A stretch of DNA of 32,000 bases from Candidatus Iainarchaeum sp. (GTDB taxonomy: Archaea > Iainarchaeota > Iainarchaeia > Iainarchaeales > CSSED10-239): positions 366,418-398,417 of the forward strand of contig JBBISB010000001.1 of assembly GCA_037441475.1 (NCBI GenBank). The letters run 5' to 3'. The notes under the pieces are model-generated. The model was not told the origin of the DNA and did no database searches. It was given only the letters and a program-made list of their open reading frames with translations. This document shows, in pieces, positions 7,958 to 18,390 of the stretch (positions are counted from its first letter, which is position 1; each line of letters begins with the position of its first letter). Both the position numbers and the translations under genes were made by a program.

Positions 7958-10495
7958 CTACCTATATCTTAAGAAAGCTCCAATTCCACCAAAGGTTTCA
8001 AAAAATTGTTTACCTTCTAAGGTTTCAACAGAGATTAGTTCAACCTTTGCATTTGTACTTTGAGAAACTTCTAAAAAATAATTATAAAGATCTACTTCTT
8101 CTACAAGCTCTGCCTTTACACCCTCACAATCTGAATTGGAATTTTCAAACTTTGAAATTGCATCTTCAACTTCATGTTTGTTTTTTACAACCTTTATAAA
8201 CCTTGATTTATCTGAAAGACATTTAAACTTTAAAATTGTCCAATCTAGGCCTTCTGAAACAATTATTGTAGATATTTTACCAATAGCTAAAGCATCCATA
8301 ACATCTTGAAAACCATAGGTTGCTAAGGAGTTTTTTGCAAGGTCTTCAAAAAATTTTGCAATTATTTTTCTTTCTTGAACTAAACCGGTTTCTCTTAAAA
8401 TTTCTTCGGATTTATCTAGAACTTCTTTAATACCTGATTCATCTGTGTAAGAGGTGTCAACTGTTCCTAAGATCTTATCCTTTAACCTGTGATCAAGATC
8501 ACCAATTTCTAAAAATTCATGTTTAGTAAGACCAGGACCGCCAACAATAATTCCCTTAAAATTATCAATACCTACAAAAGCAGTATTTACTTTTTCACCT
8601 ATTCTTTTATAAAATTCCTCTTCATACTTATCTCTTAGTCTTTCAAAACGATGTGCTGAATTATGGACAATTAAACCATTAGCTATAAAAGATTTATTTA
8701 TAACTGAAATATCAGTCATTGTAGTTTTCTTTTTTTCAATAGTTATAGAGTTTATTTTAGCACATAAGTAAGGAAGAGTATAAGATTTAGTTAATTCTTT
8801 TAAAAGAGATTTATCTTTAACATACTCTAGAATAGAACCTTTAAAACAAGACTTACTCATCATTCTATTATTATTAAAAAAATTACTAACCTTTGGAAAC
8901 ATTTCAAGATTATAACCTTTTCTTTCGATTACTTCTCTAACCTTTCTGCCATAAACAGGCAAGGTTCTTGAAAAACTCATTTCTGTTTTGCTTAATAATA
9001 TTTTTTTAATTTTGTTTTGTTTTTCTAAAGAAGTAAAATTAATATTCTTTTCAAAAGAAAAAATAGATTCTTTATCTGAAATAGAAATTACAAAACGATG
9101 ATTTTTTGTATAAGGATTTTTATTGTTATCATACTCTTGAAGAGAAGAAACTATTGCAAATCTAAATAAAGTTAATTGAAGTTGTTGTGCAAGCCTTTTA
9201 TTATTTATTCCAAGATCTATTGATTTTCTAGAAGCGTTAACATACCCTTCAGCATCGTATAGTCCTTTTAAAAAAGAAGCTAAAATCTTATTAGAAGAGG
9301 TTAATATCTTAGAAGGTATTAAAGAATCTCTTGCTTTTTTAATCTCTTTAAACTCCTCTTTAATTAACCTTACAAGAGCAGTTGAAGTAACTCTTAATTG
9401 ATAATAGTTTTTAGAACTTCTAAAAGTTAGAGAGGAATTGACATTAAAATATTTATCAAATAACTTTTTATACTCTAAAATAACCTCTTCTCTTGATTCA
9501 AAAAAAGTAACTCTATCTTTTTCAAGAGAACCATCTCCTAAAAGATAACCTATAAACTGAGAAAAAGTAGTATCAAGCTTTGAAGGTATTTTTATAGACG
9601 GTTTATTTAGTTTAGAAATATACTTTTTAGTTTCAAAAAAAGAATCTTTTGTTTTATAAGAAAGTTTTTCTGGAAATAATAAATAATCTTCTTTAGTAAG
9701 TTCTTTAGATGTTTTTTCAATAACTCCAGAAGGGGTTAATACAAAGAAGATATGGTCTTCACTTGCTTTAATTTCCATTCCAGGCGCTTTTGTTTTTATT
9801 GTATAGGTGGAATTTTTAATAACATCCCATTTTTTAATAACCTTAGAATCAATAAATTTATTATTTTTAAAATCCATGGAAGACAGGTTTGTTTTTGTAG
9901 AAATTTCATTAATATCTAATAAATCACCATTAGATAAAGAAACAAAGGAATCTTTTAAACATTGTCCCCCAGCCTTTGTCTTACCAGGAACATTTGAAGT
10001 TTCTGTAAAAATAATTTGTTTTGATTTACCTCTTAAGATAGCGACTGTAGCTTCTCGTTTATCCATAACAATTAAACCATACACATCATCTGTTTGAGCC
10101 ATATCCTCTAAAGGGTCTATATGGAAAGTTGAATCACACCAATAAAGCTTTGTGGTTAATCTGTTTGGTGGAACAATAATTAATAAAACAACATCTGATT
10201 TTGAAGGGTTTGTTGAAACATCTCCTGCAAATAAAACTAAACCAGTTGCAGGAAGTTTAAAATCAATTTGTTTTAAATAATTAATAATTCTTTTTAAAGC
10301 AGCTTGAACATTTTTTCTGGTCTGTGCACTCTTAATGTTTGCTGATTGACTCATTTCGTCTGTTAATTGTTTTATAGCTGTACTTCTGTCTGCGTCAGGT
10401 GGAAGATAAAGACTTATAAGCTGAGTTCCTTGCCCTTTATAGGTCTTTATGACTTTTACTTTTTTTTTTAAAAGCATTAAATTAGCATCATCCAT
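7958..10495 (-). CDS. prf1: Peptide chain release factor aRF1 precursor containing an intein
   Basis: ORF 7958-10507; likely start is M5 (MDDANLMLLKKKVKVIKTYKGQGTQLISLYLPP). Extein junction GKTKAGGQ / SAHRFERLRD; C-terminus FFETFGGIGAFLRYR. Confidence 0.93.
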   Translation of the reverse strand: MDDANLMLLKKKVKVIKTYKGQGTQLISLYLPPDADRSTAIKQLTDEMSQSANIKSAQTRKNVQAALKRIINYLKQIDFKLPATGLVLFAGDVSTNPSKSDVVLLIIVPPNRLTTKLYWCDSTFHIDPLEDMAQTDDVYGLIVMDKREATVAILRGKSKQIIFTETSNVPGKTKAGGQCLKDSFVSLSNGDLLDINEISTKTNLSSMDFKNNKFIDSKVIKKWDVIKNSTYTIKTKAPGMEIKASEDHIFFVLTPSGVIEKTSKELTKEDYLLFPEKLSYKTKDSFFETKKYISKLNKPSIKIPSKLDTTFSQFIGYLLGDGSLEKDRVTFFESREEVILEYKKLFDKYFNVNSSLTFRSSKNYYQLRVTSTALVRLIKEEFKEIKKARDSLIPSKILTSSNKILASFLKGLYDAEGYVNASRKSIDLGINNKRLAQQLQLTLFRFAIVSSLQEYDNNKNPYTKNHRFVISISDKESIFSFEKNINFTSLEKQNKIKKILLSKTEMSFSRTLPVYGRKVREVIERKGYNLEMFPKVSNFFNNNRMMSKSCFKGSILEYVKDKSLLKELTKSYTLPYLCAKINSITIEKKKTTMTDISVINKSFIANGLIVHNSAHRFERLRDKYEEEFYKRIGEKVNTAFVGIDNFKGIIVGGPGLTKHEFLEIGDLDHRLKDKILGTVDTSYTDESGIKEVLDKSEEILRETGLVQERKIIAKFFEDLAKNSLATYGFQDVMDALAIGKISTIIVSEGLDWTILKFKCLSDKSRFIKVVKNKHEVEDAISKFENSNSDCEGVKAELVEEVDLYNYFLEVSQSTNAKVELISVETLEGKQFFETFGGIGAFLRYR
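8660..9961 (-). mobile_element. Intein with LAGLIDADG/DOD homing endonuclease in aRF1 (434 aa)
   Basis: Starts Cys (CLKDSFVSLSNGDLL), block B-like ASEDHIFFV, endonuclease motifs FIGYLLGDGSLE and FLKGLYDAEGYVN, ends FIANGLIVHN followed by Ser +1. Confidence 0.93.
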
Positions 10496-10506
10496 AAAAA
10501 AACACA

Positions 10507-11007
10507 TTATTTGTCTATATACTCAATATTCCATATACTTTTAATTTTTTCATTTTCAACATTGTAAACTATGATGTAATCCATATACTCTAAGATAACA
10601 TCCCCAATAACTGTTGGGAAAAAACCATAAGCGTCTATTAAAGAATCATTAAATGCAAAACCATAAGTGCTTTTTAAAGAATCTATATTTTCTTCTAAAA
10701 CAACTATTTCGTTTACAAGTTCACTTTCTTTAAGAGAAACCTCATTTAAGTTTATTTCAAAATAATTTAAAGGCTCTTCAATAGTTACATTAAAGTTTGC
10801 ATCAGTAATATTGGTTTCTTTTATTATTTCATCCTTAAGATAATTGCTTTTTGAAACAAGATTAACTGTGGTTAAAATAACTAAGACTAAAGTTAAACAA
10901 ATTAAGATTATTAAAAGAATATTTGTTAAGTTATTTTTATAAATTACTTTTGGTTTTACTAAACTGCTTTTTGAAACAGTTTTTTTAGTAGTTACTTTTT
11001 TATTCAT
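10507..11007 (-). CDS. Hypothetical protein with one N-terminal transmembrane segment
   Basis: 166 aa; NLTNILLIILICLTLVLVILTTVNLV. Confidence 0.6.
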   Translation of the reverse strand: MNKKVTTKKTVSKSSLVKPKVIYKNNLTNILLIILICLTLVLVILTTVNLVSKSNYLKDEIIKETNITDANFNVTIEEPLNYFEINLNEVSLKESELVNEIVVLEENIDSLKSTYGFAFNDSLIDAYGFFPTVIGDVILEYMDYIIVYNVENEKIKSIWNIEYIDK

Positions 11008-11011
11008 AAAT

Positions 11012-11479
11012 CTACTCCTCGCTATATTTTAAATTTTCATTAATGTTTATTTCTTGATAAGGAAAGACAATGGTGAGCATATCTTTTACCTCACTTATAT
11101 AATAATCAGGTTTAAACTTTGTTTTATTTGTTTTATAAAAAATACATGCTTGCGAAATTGATTTTATTTTCGGATAGTTTTTATTAAGCTTTACAATTAT
11201 TTCTTTTGAAGCGTCATCAAAGACATCATCAACTAAAAGAACCTCGCCTTCAATATCATAAATGGTGGAAACATAATTATCAACATGGTATTTACCATCA
11301 ACATGCTTTGCTGCAATAACACCCATTGGAAGCTCTAGCATTGAAGATAAAAGCCTTGCAAGTAAAAGGCCTCCACGACTAACCCCGATTACTGCTGTGT
11401 ACGATTTATTATCATCAATTATTTTTTTAGCTAAATCAATGGCTAAAGACTCAAACTCGTTCCAGGATACCTTGTACAT
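11012..11479 (-). CDS. Phosphoribosyltransferase
   Basis: 155 aa; AVIGVSRGGLLLARLLSSMLELPMGVI and PRPP-binding-like EGEVLLVDDVFDDASK. Confidence 0.85.
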   Translation of the reverse strand: MYKVSWNEFESLAIDLAKKIIDDNKSYTAVIGVSRGGLLLARLLSSMLELPMGVIAAKHVDGKYHVDNYVSTIYDIEGEVLLVDDVFDDASKEIIVKLNKNYPKIKSISQACIFYKTNKTKFKPDYYISEVKDMLTIVFPYQEININENLKYSEE

Positions 11480-11573
11480 ATAATATATTATAGTTGTAAA
11501 ATATATTTAAATATATGGTTAAAATAAGTTATTAAAAACCTTTCTTTTAAAAATACCCACTAAAATAATGCTC

Positions 11574-14401
11574 CTACTCTATAAGAGTAAAAGTAGCATA
11601 TACGTTTTTGGCAGTTGTCATATTATTAATAAAACACCACTCATCTGATACACTACTACAATCTCAGGACCAGGCTGTAAAAACACTACCAGGATTAGCA
11701 GTTGCCTTTATTGAGAAGGTAGATCCACATTGCATGTAAAATGTACAAGAACTATTATTACAACCAATCCACGGATAATTGTTAGATAAATTTCCCTGTC
11801 CACTACCAATAATATATGTTGTAAGAAGATAAGTTCTTACTCCAACTCTTAAATTAACAGTTTTATTACTATCCATTATAAGATTACAGGGGTTATTACC
11901 AGAACAAGCTCCACCCCAATTAGGAGTAAGTAAATAATAACAACCAGACGCGCTTCCAATTAAAGTTACGGTTGTATTTTCATTATAACTAATACATCCA
12001 GAACCGCAACTAGTTCCTGGAATACTACTATTTATGCCTATAGCCGCAGAATAATTAGAACTATAGTTTAAATTATATACTACATTGATTATGTAAGTTC
12101 TAGTTAATAAACCACTATCTTGATAATTATTTTTAAAAGCTTTAGCTCTTATTGTATAAGTTCCATTTGAAGATAAAGGTATAGGCGTACCATTATAAAC
12201 AGTACCAGTTGTAGACGTTGGATCAGAACCATTAATAGTATATCTTATTTCTGCACCAGATGTAGTTGTAGATAAAGTTACATTTTGATAAGAAGTATAA
12301 GTTCCGGCAGTAGGAGAACTTGTAAGAGTTGCAACAATAAAATTAAAAGTATTTAAGGTTATAACCACACTTGATTGATAACCAAATCTATAAGCTATGG
12401 CTTTTATTACTGTATTGTTAGTGTTTAAAATAATCGCAGTGCCTGGAGATATTTCTGTACCAATTGTTTCTGTTGGAGTAGTTCCATCTAAAGTATAACG
12501 TATCATTGAACTTGGAGTTGTTGTGTTTAAAGTTACAGATTGATCATTATTATAATTTCCGCCATTTAAACTAAAGGTTGGAAACAATTAAATTAATATT
12601 AAATAATTTTTCAATAACTGGGCTTATGGAATAACCAGGTGCATAACAAACAGCATTAATCGTTGTGGTGGTTATTAAATTTAAAACAGAAGAATAAATA
12701 TTACCAACATCTCTTGTTGGAATGGATCCATCTGTTGTGTACCTTATGGTGCTTGATGGAGTTGAACAACTTAAAGTAACAGAAACACTGTTAGTATGTA
12801 TTCCACCATTTGGTGAAAATAAAGGGATTACTGCAGGATCACTAATATTAAAGTTACCTTCAGCAACTGGGCTTGAAGACCAACCAGTTTTATAGACCCT
12901 TGCTTTTAAAGTTAAATTGTTTGAAACAAAAACACCTGAACCAGTATAAAGATTACTTGTTTCATTAGGATCAGTTCCATCAGTAGTATATCTTATAGTG
13001 TAAGGAGAGGGTGTGATTGTGTTAAGTAAAATAGATTGATTATTATAAGTTCCTGGAACCGGACTAAAGGTTGGATCTAATGCAGGAAGGGTAATGTTAT
13101 AATCTGCTTGAGAAACTATACTTGAAAAAGAACCAACATATGCTATTGTCTTTATAGTTTTACTTGAAGAAACATTAATTGGTCCAGAATAGATTGGACT
13201 TGTTTCTGTTGGATCAATACCAGTTGTTGTGTATCTTATGGTTGCACCTGCGTTACTGTTACTTAAAATTACATTCTGTATAGAGGTGTAAGTTCCACCT
13301 GGAGGAGTTATCGCCACAGGGTCTAATGGAACAAAGAAAGTATATGTAAATGTTGAAACTGAACTTGGAAGATAATTTAGTTTACAAGCAATTGCTTTAA
13401 TTGTAGTATCATTTAAAACTGTTATTGGAGAGGTGTACTCTGTAAAAACACCTGAACAATCAGGAGAGGAAGAATCTATAGTATAATAAATAACTGCATC
13501 TTGAGTTGTAGTTGACAAAGAAATATCAATTGGGTTTATTAAATTTATTTGATTTTCTAAACTTGACTCTACAGATGATACTGTGTAATAAGAAGAATTA
13601 TATGTACCTGATGAAAGGTTAGAAAAAAGAGAACCGGTAAAAGAAATAGCATTAATAGTTGTGCCAGCAGTAATTGATAAAGGAGAAATATATATGTTTG
13701 AAGATAAATTAGGATTACTTCCATCTAAAGTATAATAAATATTAAGAACAGGATCGGCAGAAGTTAAAGAAACTAACATAGGAAATTCAGATACATTATA
13801 TGTACCTGCAGGCGGGTCAAAAATTGGTCTCGAAACAATTGAAGTTTTTGGACCACTATCACTCCAATTAAAAGAATATCTAGAAGATCTTTTTACTTGA
13901 TTATTTTTAGATACTTCTATAGATAAGTAATAAGTATCTCCACAAAATAATTTGCCTAAATTTATACCAGATGCTATTAATCCAATTGTATTATTTGGAT
14001 TTAAATTATTCATATCCTGTAATTCAGTATTAGCAGTAACAATATAATCTAGATTTCCAACAACCTTATTACTGGAATCTTCTATTATTAAACTAAAAGT
14101 ACCTTCTTTAGATAATGGCTTCCAAGAAAAGGTTAAAAGCCCTTCTCTTATACCAGGAGGATCTATATATTCACAATTAAAATAATTTGCAGTTACTGAA
14201 ACGATAATAGGAGGTAAAGGTCCATCTGTAGAAGAAGCAATTTGATTCCCTTGAGTAGAAGCATTATCTCTTCCTTGCCCCCCGACCCCCCATTGATATT
14301 AAAATTGTAATAATAACTACAGCAATAAGCACTGCTCCACCAACCAATATCAAAGACTCTAGATTCCCTTGCCCCTTTGTTTTTTTAATCATATAATCCA
14401 T
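11574..14401 (-). pseudogene. Large membrane-anchored surface repeat protein, in three apparent disruptions
   Basis: ORFs 12571-14013 and 11664-12587 consist of chitobiase/beta-hexosaminidase C-terminal-like repeats (PGTYNNQSILLNT...YTIRYTTDGTDPNET). Manual translation extends the gene to ATG at 14401 (MDYMIKKTKGQGNLESLILVGGAVLIAVVIITILISMG) after a 1-nt shift at G6 tracts, and past TGA 11664-11666 to TAG 11574-11576. Confidence 0.7.
14278..14291 (-). repeat. Double G6 tract (minus strand GGGGGGTCGGGGGG)
   Basis: + strand CCCCCCGACCCCCC; frame changes here between the membrane anchor and the extracellular region. Confidence 0.8.
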
Positions 14402-14596
14402 GATAAATATAAAAATAAGTTACCGTAAACTATTTAATAGTTTCGAAAAATAAAATGTAAAGAGAAAGGTAGAAATTTAATCAAATATAAAAATTAATCC
14501 AAATATTAACATTTGCTCTTGTTTAAAATAAATTAAAATCAGTTACTTCTAAAAAAATATAATAGGTTTAAGATAGGTAGATAGTTTCTAAAAAAA

Positions 14597-16150
14597 TTAT
14601 AAAAAAGCATCAATATCCTTGTTTTTATCTTCTGCCTTTGAATAAAAATTCTTAGCAAGACCTGAAAGAGAGACATCTAAATGAGAATCTTTTGAATATT
14701 TTTTTCTAACCTTGAAAAAAACAGGGTATGAAGAGGCTTCACCAACAACCAAAGCCTCGCCTACTCTTAAGGAAGTTATCATCTCAACAGACTTAGAGTC
14801 AAGACCTTCTGAAGACTCACCTATATGTTTTAAATCATAGGGGTTTGTTATTCTTAGGATAATGTGAGTATTTGCTTGAGAGAGAATAGTTGTTGAAAGC
14901 TTTACTGGTCTTTGAGAGATTAGACAAAGACAAGAACCAAATTTTCTACCCTCTCTTGCTATTGTCTCTAAAATTGATTTTGCAAGAGCCTTATCTCTAG
15001 TTGCACTTTCAGGAGCAAACTGATGCGCTTCTTCAACAACTAAAAGGAAAGGAGGGACTTGATTTGTTCCTGCTGTTCTTGCGTAGAAAAGTTTATGTGC
15101 AAAGTAATAAAGTATTAATTGTTTTTTCTTTAAGTTAATCTCTCTTGAAAGATCAATAATGGTAAGCTTACCAGGCTTTACAATATCAAAGATTGAAGGA
15201 GAATCTATTTTTGAAAAAAAATTATAATCTAAAAGCTCTCCTAGGGCATTTACTAAAGGCTTTAAGATAGCCTCCTTAATATCTTGTTTTTCAAGCTCCT
15301 TTATAACATCCTTTAAATCAAAGGGACCTAAACCATTTTTCTTATCTTCATTTAATTTCTTTAAGATAGAACCTAGTTCGCGTTTTTGAGCTGAACTTAA
15401 GGAAGGGAGAAGAGAGGAAAAGAAATTAAGAGAGAGTGTTGAAACACCAATCTTTATTTCAAAAGAATTAATCTTCATTGTCTTTGAAGAATAGTCCTTA
15501 AAACCCTTATCTTGTTCTTTTAGGTTTTCAGAAAAATGAGAATATTCTCCATGAACATCAAAAAGTAAAACAGCAACTTGACCATCTTCTTTTTTTCTAT
15601 CTAATATCTCCTCTAACATAACAGAGGTTAAATAACTTTTACCAGAACCTGACTGTGCTAAAATAGCTAAGTGTTTTTGAAGTAAACGATCCATACAAAA
15701 AGTGACAGGAAGCTGTGGAAAGTCAATTTGTCCAAGAAATAAACCATTTTCTTTCAAATGTAAAAACTTAAACAAAACCTTTTCTTCACACATTAATACC
15801 TTTGAGCCTGGAGAAACTGGAAGAGTAGATCTTACAAAAAAACCATCTGTTGATAAAACCCCTAAAGGCTTTATGTTTCCTTGTAAAAACTCCCAATCGC
15901 TTGTTGGAAACTGTTCATTAATATCATAATCTGAGTTTTCAAACTCCTTAACAGACTCATTGTTTTCATAATACCTGTTTTGAGAAGAAACATCAGTTAC
16001 AAGACCAATTAATTTTCCTTGAGAATAATCTATTTGAACATACTGTCCCTTATAGACCTTTTTATTAGTGCACACAAAAGTGATCTTTGAAGTTGAGGGA
16101 GAATCTAGGCTTGAAATTACAATACCAAGCTCGTTTTCTTTAAAGACCAT
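14597..16150 (-). CDS. herA: HerA-family ATPase/helicase
   Basis: ORF 14597-16180, likely start MVFKENELG; Walker A LAQSGSGKSYLT, VALLLFDVHGEYSHF, LLVVEEAHQFAPE, ANTHIILRITNPYDLKHI. Confidence 0.88.
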   Translation of the reverse strand: MVFKENELGIVISSLDSPSTSKITFVCTNKKVYKGQYVQIDYSQGKLIGLVTDVSSQNRYYENNESVKEFENSDYDINEQFPTSDWEFLQGNIKPLGVLSTDGFFVRSTLPVSPGSKVLMCEEKVLFKFLHLKENGLFLGQIDFPQLPVTFCMDRLLQKHLAILAQSGSGKSYLTSVMLEEILDRKKEDGQVAVLLFDVHGEYSHFSENLKEQDKGFKDYSSKTMKINSFEIKIGVSTLSLNFFSSLLPSLSSAQKRELGSILKKLNEDKKNGLGPFDLKDVIKELEKQDIKEAILKPLVNALGELLDYNFFSKIDSPSIFDIVKPGKLTIIDLSREINLKKKQLILYYFAHKLFYARTAGTNQVPPFLLVVEEAHQFAPESATRDKALAKSILETIAREGRKFGSCLCLISQRPVKLSTTILSQANTHIILRITNPYDLKHIGESSEGLDSKSVEMITSLRVGEALVVGEASSYPVFFKVRKKYSKDSHLDVSLSGLAKNFYSKAEDKNKDIDAFL

Positions 16151-16201
16151 TTTCTTATAACACCTTTTTTTTATATACAAAAATTATTTTAAATATACAA
16201 A

Positions 16202-17008
16202 TCATCTAATATAGTTTGAAGGAGCGGAAGGAGCATCTTGCTTTTGAGAAAGTTCTTCTAAGTTTTTAGAAATTTCACTAAAGGACTGTTCTATCTTCTT
16301 TGCACTCTCATCTATTTTTTTAAGATTAACATTTAATTTAAAAATATTTATTAAAACCTCTATAAGTTGTTTAGCAGAAGATGGATCTCCATAAGTAAGC
16401 TTACTGTTAGTTTCTCCCATTAAACAAATACCAGGTATTTTGTGGTGTGTAAAGGAAACACCTAAAAGAAGACCAGCAACTCCTGATATTAAAGCATCTT
16501 GACCTTTATCTTGGAAGAAAAGATTATTTACTTTTTTCTTTTCTAAAGCTTGTTTTGTTTTAATATCTGTTGCAACAGAAATTACTCTTGGTTTAGAAGT
16601 TATTCTTTTATCTCCTATATTAAGACCTGCAAAGGTATATATTTCCTTAACCTTATGTTTCTTTGCAAAAGAAGCTATGCTTTCTGAAAACTCATAATGT
16701 TGGTTACTGTTTAAGATATTACCTAGGGCAGGTTGAACTGGTCCTGCTACGAATAAAAAATCTTGCTTTGCTGTCTTGTATAAGTAAATCTCATCATAGA
16801 TAAGCTCTAGAACTGAGTTTTTTTCATGAACTGCAGGTGGGAAGGAATCAGAATAGATTTTTCCAACTAAAACTGGTTTTGGAGTTAGTTCTTTAATCAA
16901 GTAATCAACAGTTATTTTTCCAACCAAGCCAATACCAGGAAGCCCTACAAAAAGAACAGGATTTTTTAAAGTTTTTAAAGGTTTTATAATCTCAATAGTT
17001 GTAACCAT
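16202..17008 (-). CDS. PAC2 family protein (proteasome assembly chaperone-like)
   Basis: 268 aa; VLFVGLPGIGLVGKITVDYLI, GEETNSK-like GETNSKLTYGDPSSAKQLIEVL. Confidence 0.85.
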   Translation of the reverse strand: MVTTIEIIKPLKTLKNPVLFVGLPGIGLVGKITVDYLIKELTPKPVLVGKIYSDSFPPAVHEKNSVLELIYDEIYLYKTAKQDFLFVAGPVQPALGNILNSNQHYEFSESIASFAKKHKVKEIYTFAGLNIGDKRITSKPRVISVATDIKTKQALEKKKVNNLFFQDKGQDALISGVAGLLLGVSFTHHKIPGICLMGETNSKLTYGDPSSAKQLIEVLINIFKLNVNLKKIDESAKKIEQSFSEISKNLEELSQKQDAPSAPSNYIR

Positions 17009-17039
17009 ATTTATTTCACCATCTTTATTTTAATAAAAT

Positions 17040-17804
17040 TTATTTTTCTTCCTTCTTTAAAACCTCAAAATGTGCCTTCTTCTTTAAGGCTTTTGAGATG
17101 CTTGCTGTTATTTCATCAAATTTTTTTGCAGATTGTTTAAATTCCTTAGAGGTTACTTTAAGTTCATATTTTCCTGGACCAAAGTAAGTTATCTTTGAAT
17201 CTGGGTTTTTATCTTGAACATCAACTAATACTTTTTTAATACTTTCAAAACCACCGGACTCATCTGAAGTTATTGTCATTATGCCTACAATATCCTTGTC
17301 TTTAATAGTTATGTTTTTATCTAAAATTTCAAATAAAAGTTTATGATATTTTTTATCAATCTCAGGATAGTAATCTCCACCGTGCTTTAAAATGTTTAAA
17401 AAACCCTTATAAAGAGAGTTTTCTCTTTCAATGATTGGATTTGCAACATCCTCCCATATCTTATCAGGTGTAACATCTATTTCTTTTGCAATAACTGTTA
17501 AAAGACTTTGAGCTCTTAAAAATAACCTATATTCAGAAATTTTTCTTTTCTCATCTGCATCAGTTATTCTACTAAAAGAAATGTCAATATGTTTCTTTTC
17601 TTCATCAACCTTTAAGACCTTTGCTGCTCTTATCTGGTTTTGTTTAACATGGTTGTGGATGTTTTTAATCCAGGTAGAGGATATCTGGGAGATGTGTACA
17701 AAACCCTCCATGTTATCATACTCTAAAAGTTCTACAAAAACACCAAAATCAGTTATTTTTGAAACCTTACAAATTACTACATCATTTATGTTTGGAAAAT
17801 CCAT
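17040..17804 (-). CDS. eif2a: Translation initiation factor aIF2 subunit alpha
   Basis: 254 aa; S1 domain VICKVSKITDFGVFVELLEYDNMEGFVHISQIS, then aIF2-alpha-like C-terminus. Confidence 0.9.
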   Translation of the reverse strand: MDFPNINDVVICKVSKITDFGVFVELLEYDNMEGFVHISQISSTWIKNIHNHVKQNQIRAAKVLKVDEEKKHIDISFSRITDADEKRKISEYRLFLRAQSLLTVIAKEIDVTPDKIWEDVANPIIERENSLYKGFLNILKHGGDYYPEIDKKYHKLLFEILDKNITIKDKDIVGIMTITSDESGGFESIKKVLVDVQDKNPDSKITYFGPGKYELKVTSKEFKQSAKKFDEITASISKALKKKAHFEVLKKEEK

Positions 17805-17823
17805 TAATTATCAACTCTTTTCT

Positions 17824-18390
17824 TTAATCTATTTTTTTAATAAGATTTTTAGACTCTAATATCTTTATCATGTCTTCAGGAATCTCACACACTTGTTCTT
17901 TTTCAAAAGGCCCATACTCTTTTAAATCAGCACCTATGAAAGCTGGGATGCTCTCTATAAATTTAACCTTTGCCATTACAAGGTTATCTGCTTTTTTATT
18001 TTTTTTAGAAACTCCAAAAATATTTAAGGAGTGTTCGTTTTGTTTATCTATAAGCTTAATAATTCCTTTTGCAAAATCTACTTCAAAGTCAATTAAGCCT
18101 TCCTCTTCAAAGTCATTTGTTCTACTGTACATTAAACAGAGGTTAAGACATTTCTTTGTTCTAATCTCTCTTATCTTTTCAATCATTTTTTTTAAAGTTT
18201 CAAACTTTTTTATAGATGTAGGAGAAAAAGACTCTTCCATTTCCTCAGTATATCTTTTTCTTTCATCAAGTAAAAACTTTTTAAGTTCTTTATAAAAATC
18301 AGGATTTAATTTTGTTAATTTTGGAGACTTTACTTCAAGCCTATATATCTTTCTTAATTCATCGTAATCTAAACTGTAATCGTCATTCAA
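17824..18390 (-). CDS. GINS complex subunit-like protein
   Basis: 188 aa; DYDELRKIYRLEVKSPKLTKLNPDFYKELKKFL; overlaps the primase gene, a common archaeal arrangement. Confidence 0.6.
   Translation of the reverse strand: MNDDYSLDYDELRKIYRLEVKSPKLTKLNPDFYKELKKFLLDERKRYTEEMEESFSPTSIKKFETLKKMIEKIREIRTKKCLNLCLMYSRTNDFEEEGLIDFEVDFAKGIIKLIDKQNEHSLNIFGVSKKNKKADNLVMAKVKFIESIPAFIGADLKEYGPFEKEQVCEIPEDMIKILESKNLIKKID

Noticed and set aside
7879-8199. ORF 106 aa on + strand
   Set aside because: Antisense to the aRF1 C-terminal coding region; Leu/His-rich shadow frame.
11664-16204. Alternative genetic code with TGA=Gly
   Set aside because: TGA serves as the apparent normal stop in the PAC2 gene (16202), priS (18383, overlapping the next start) and ORF 26976-27212, so a genome-wide reassignment is not supported.
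17581-18295. + strand ORFs 17581-17859 and 17870-18295
   Set aside because: Antisense shadows of aIF2-alpha and the GINS-like gene with Ser/Phe/Leu-rich composition.
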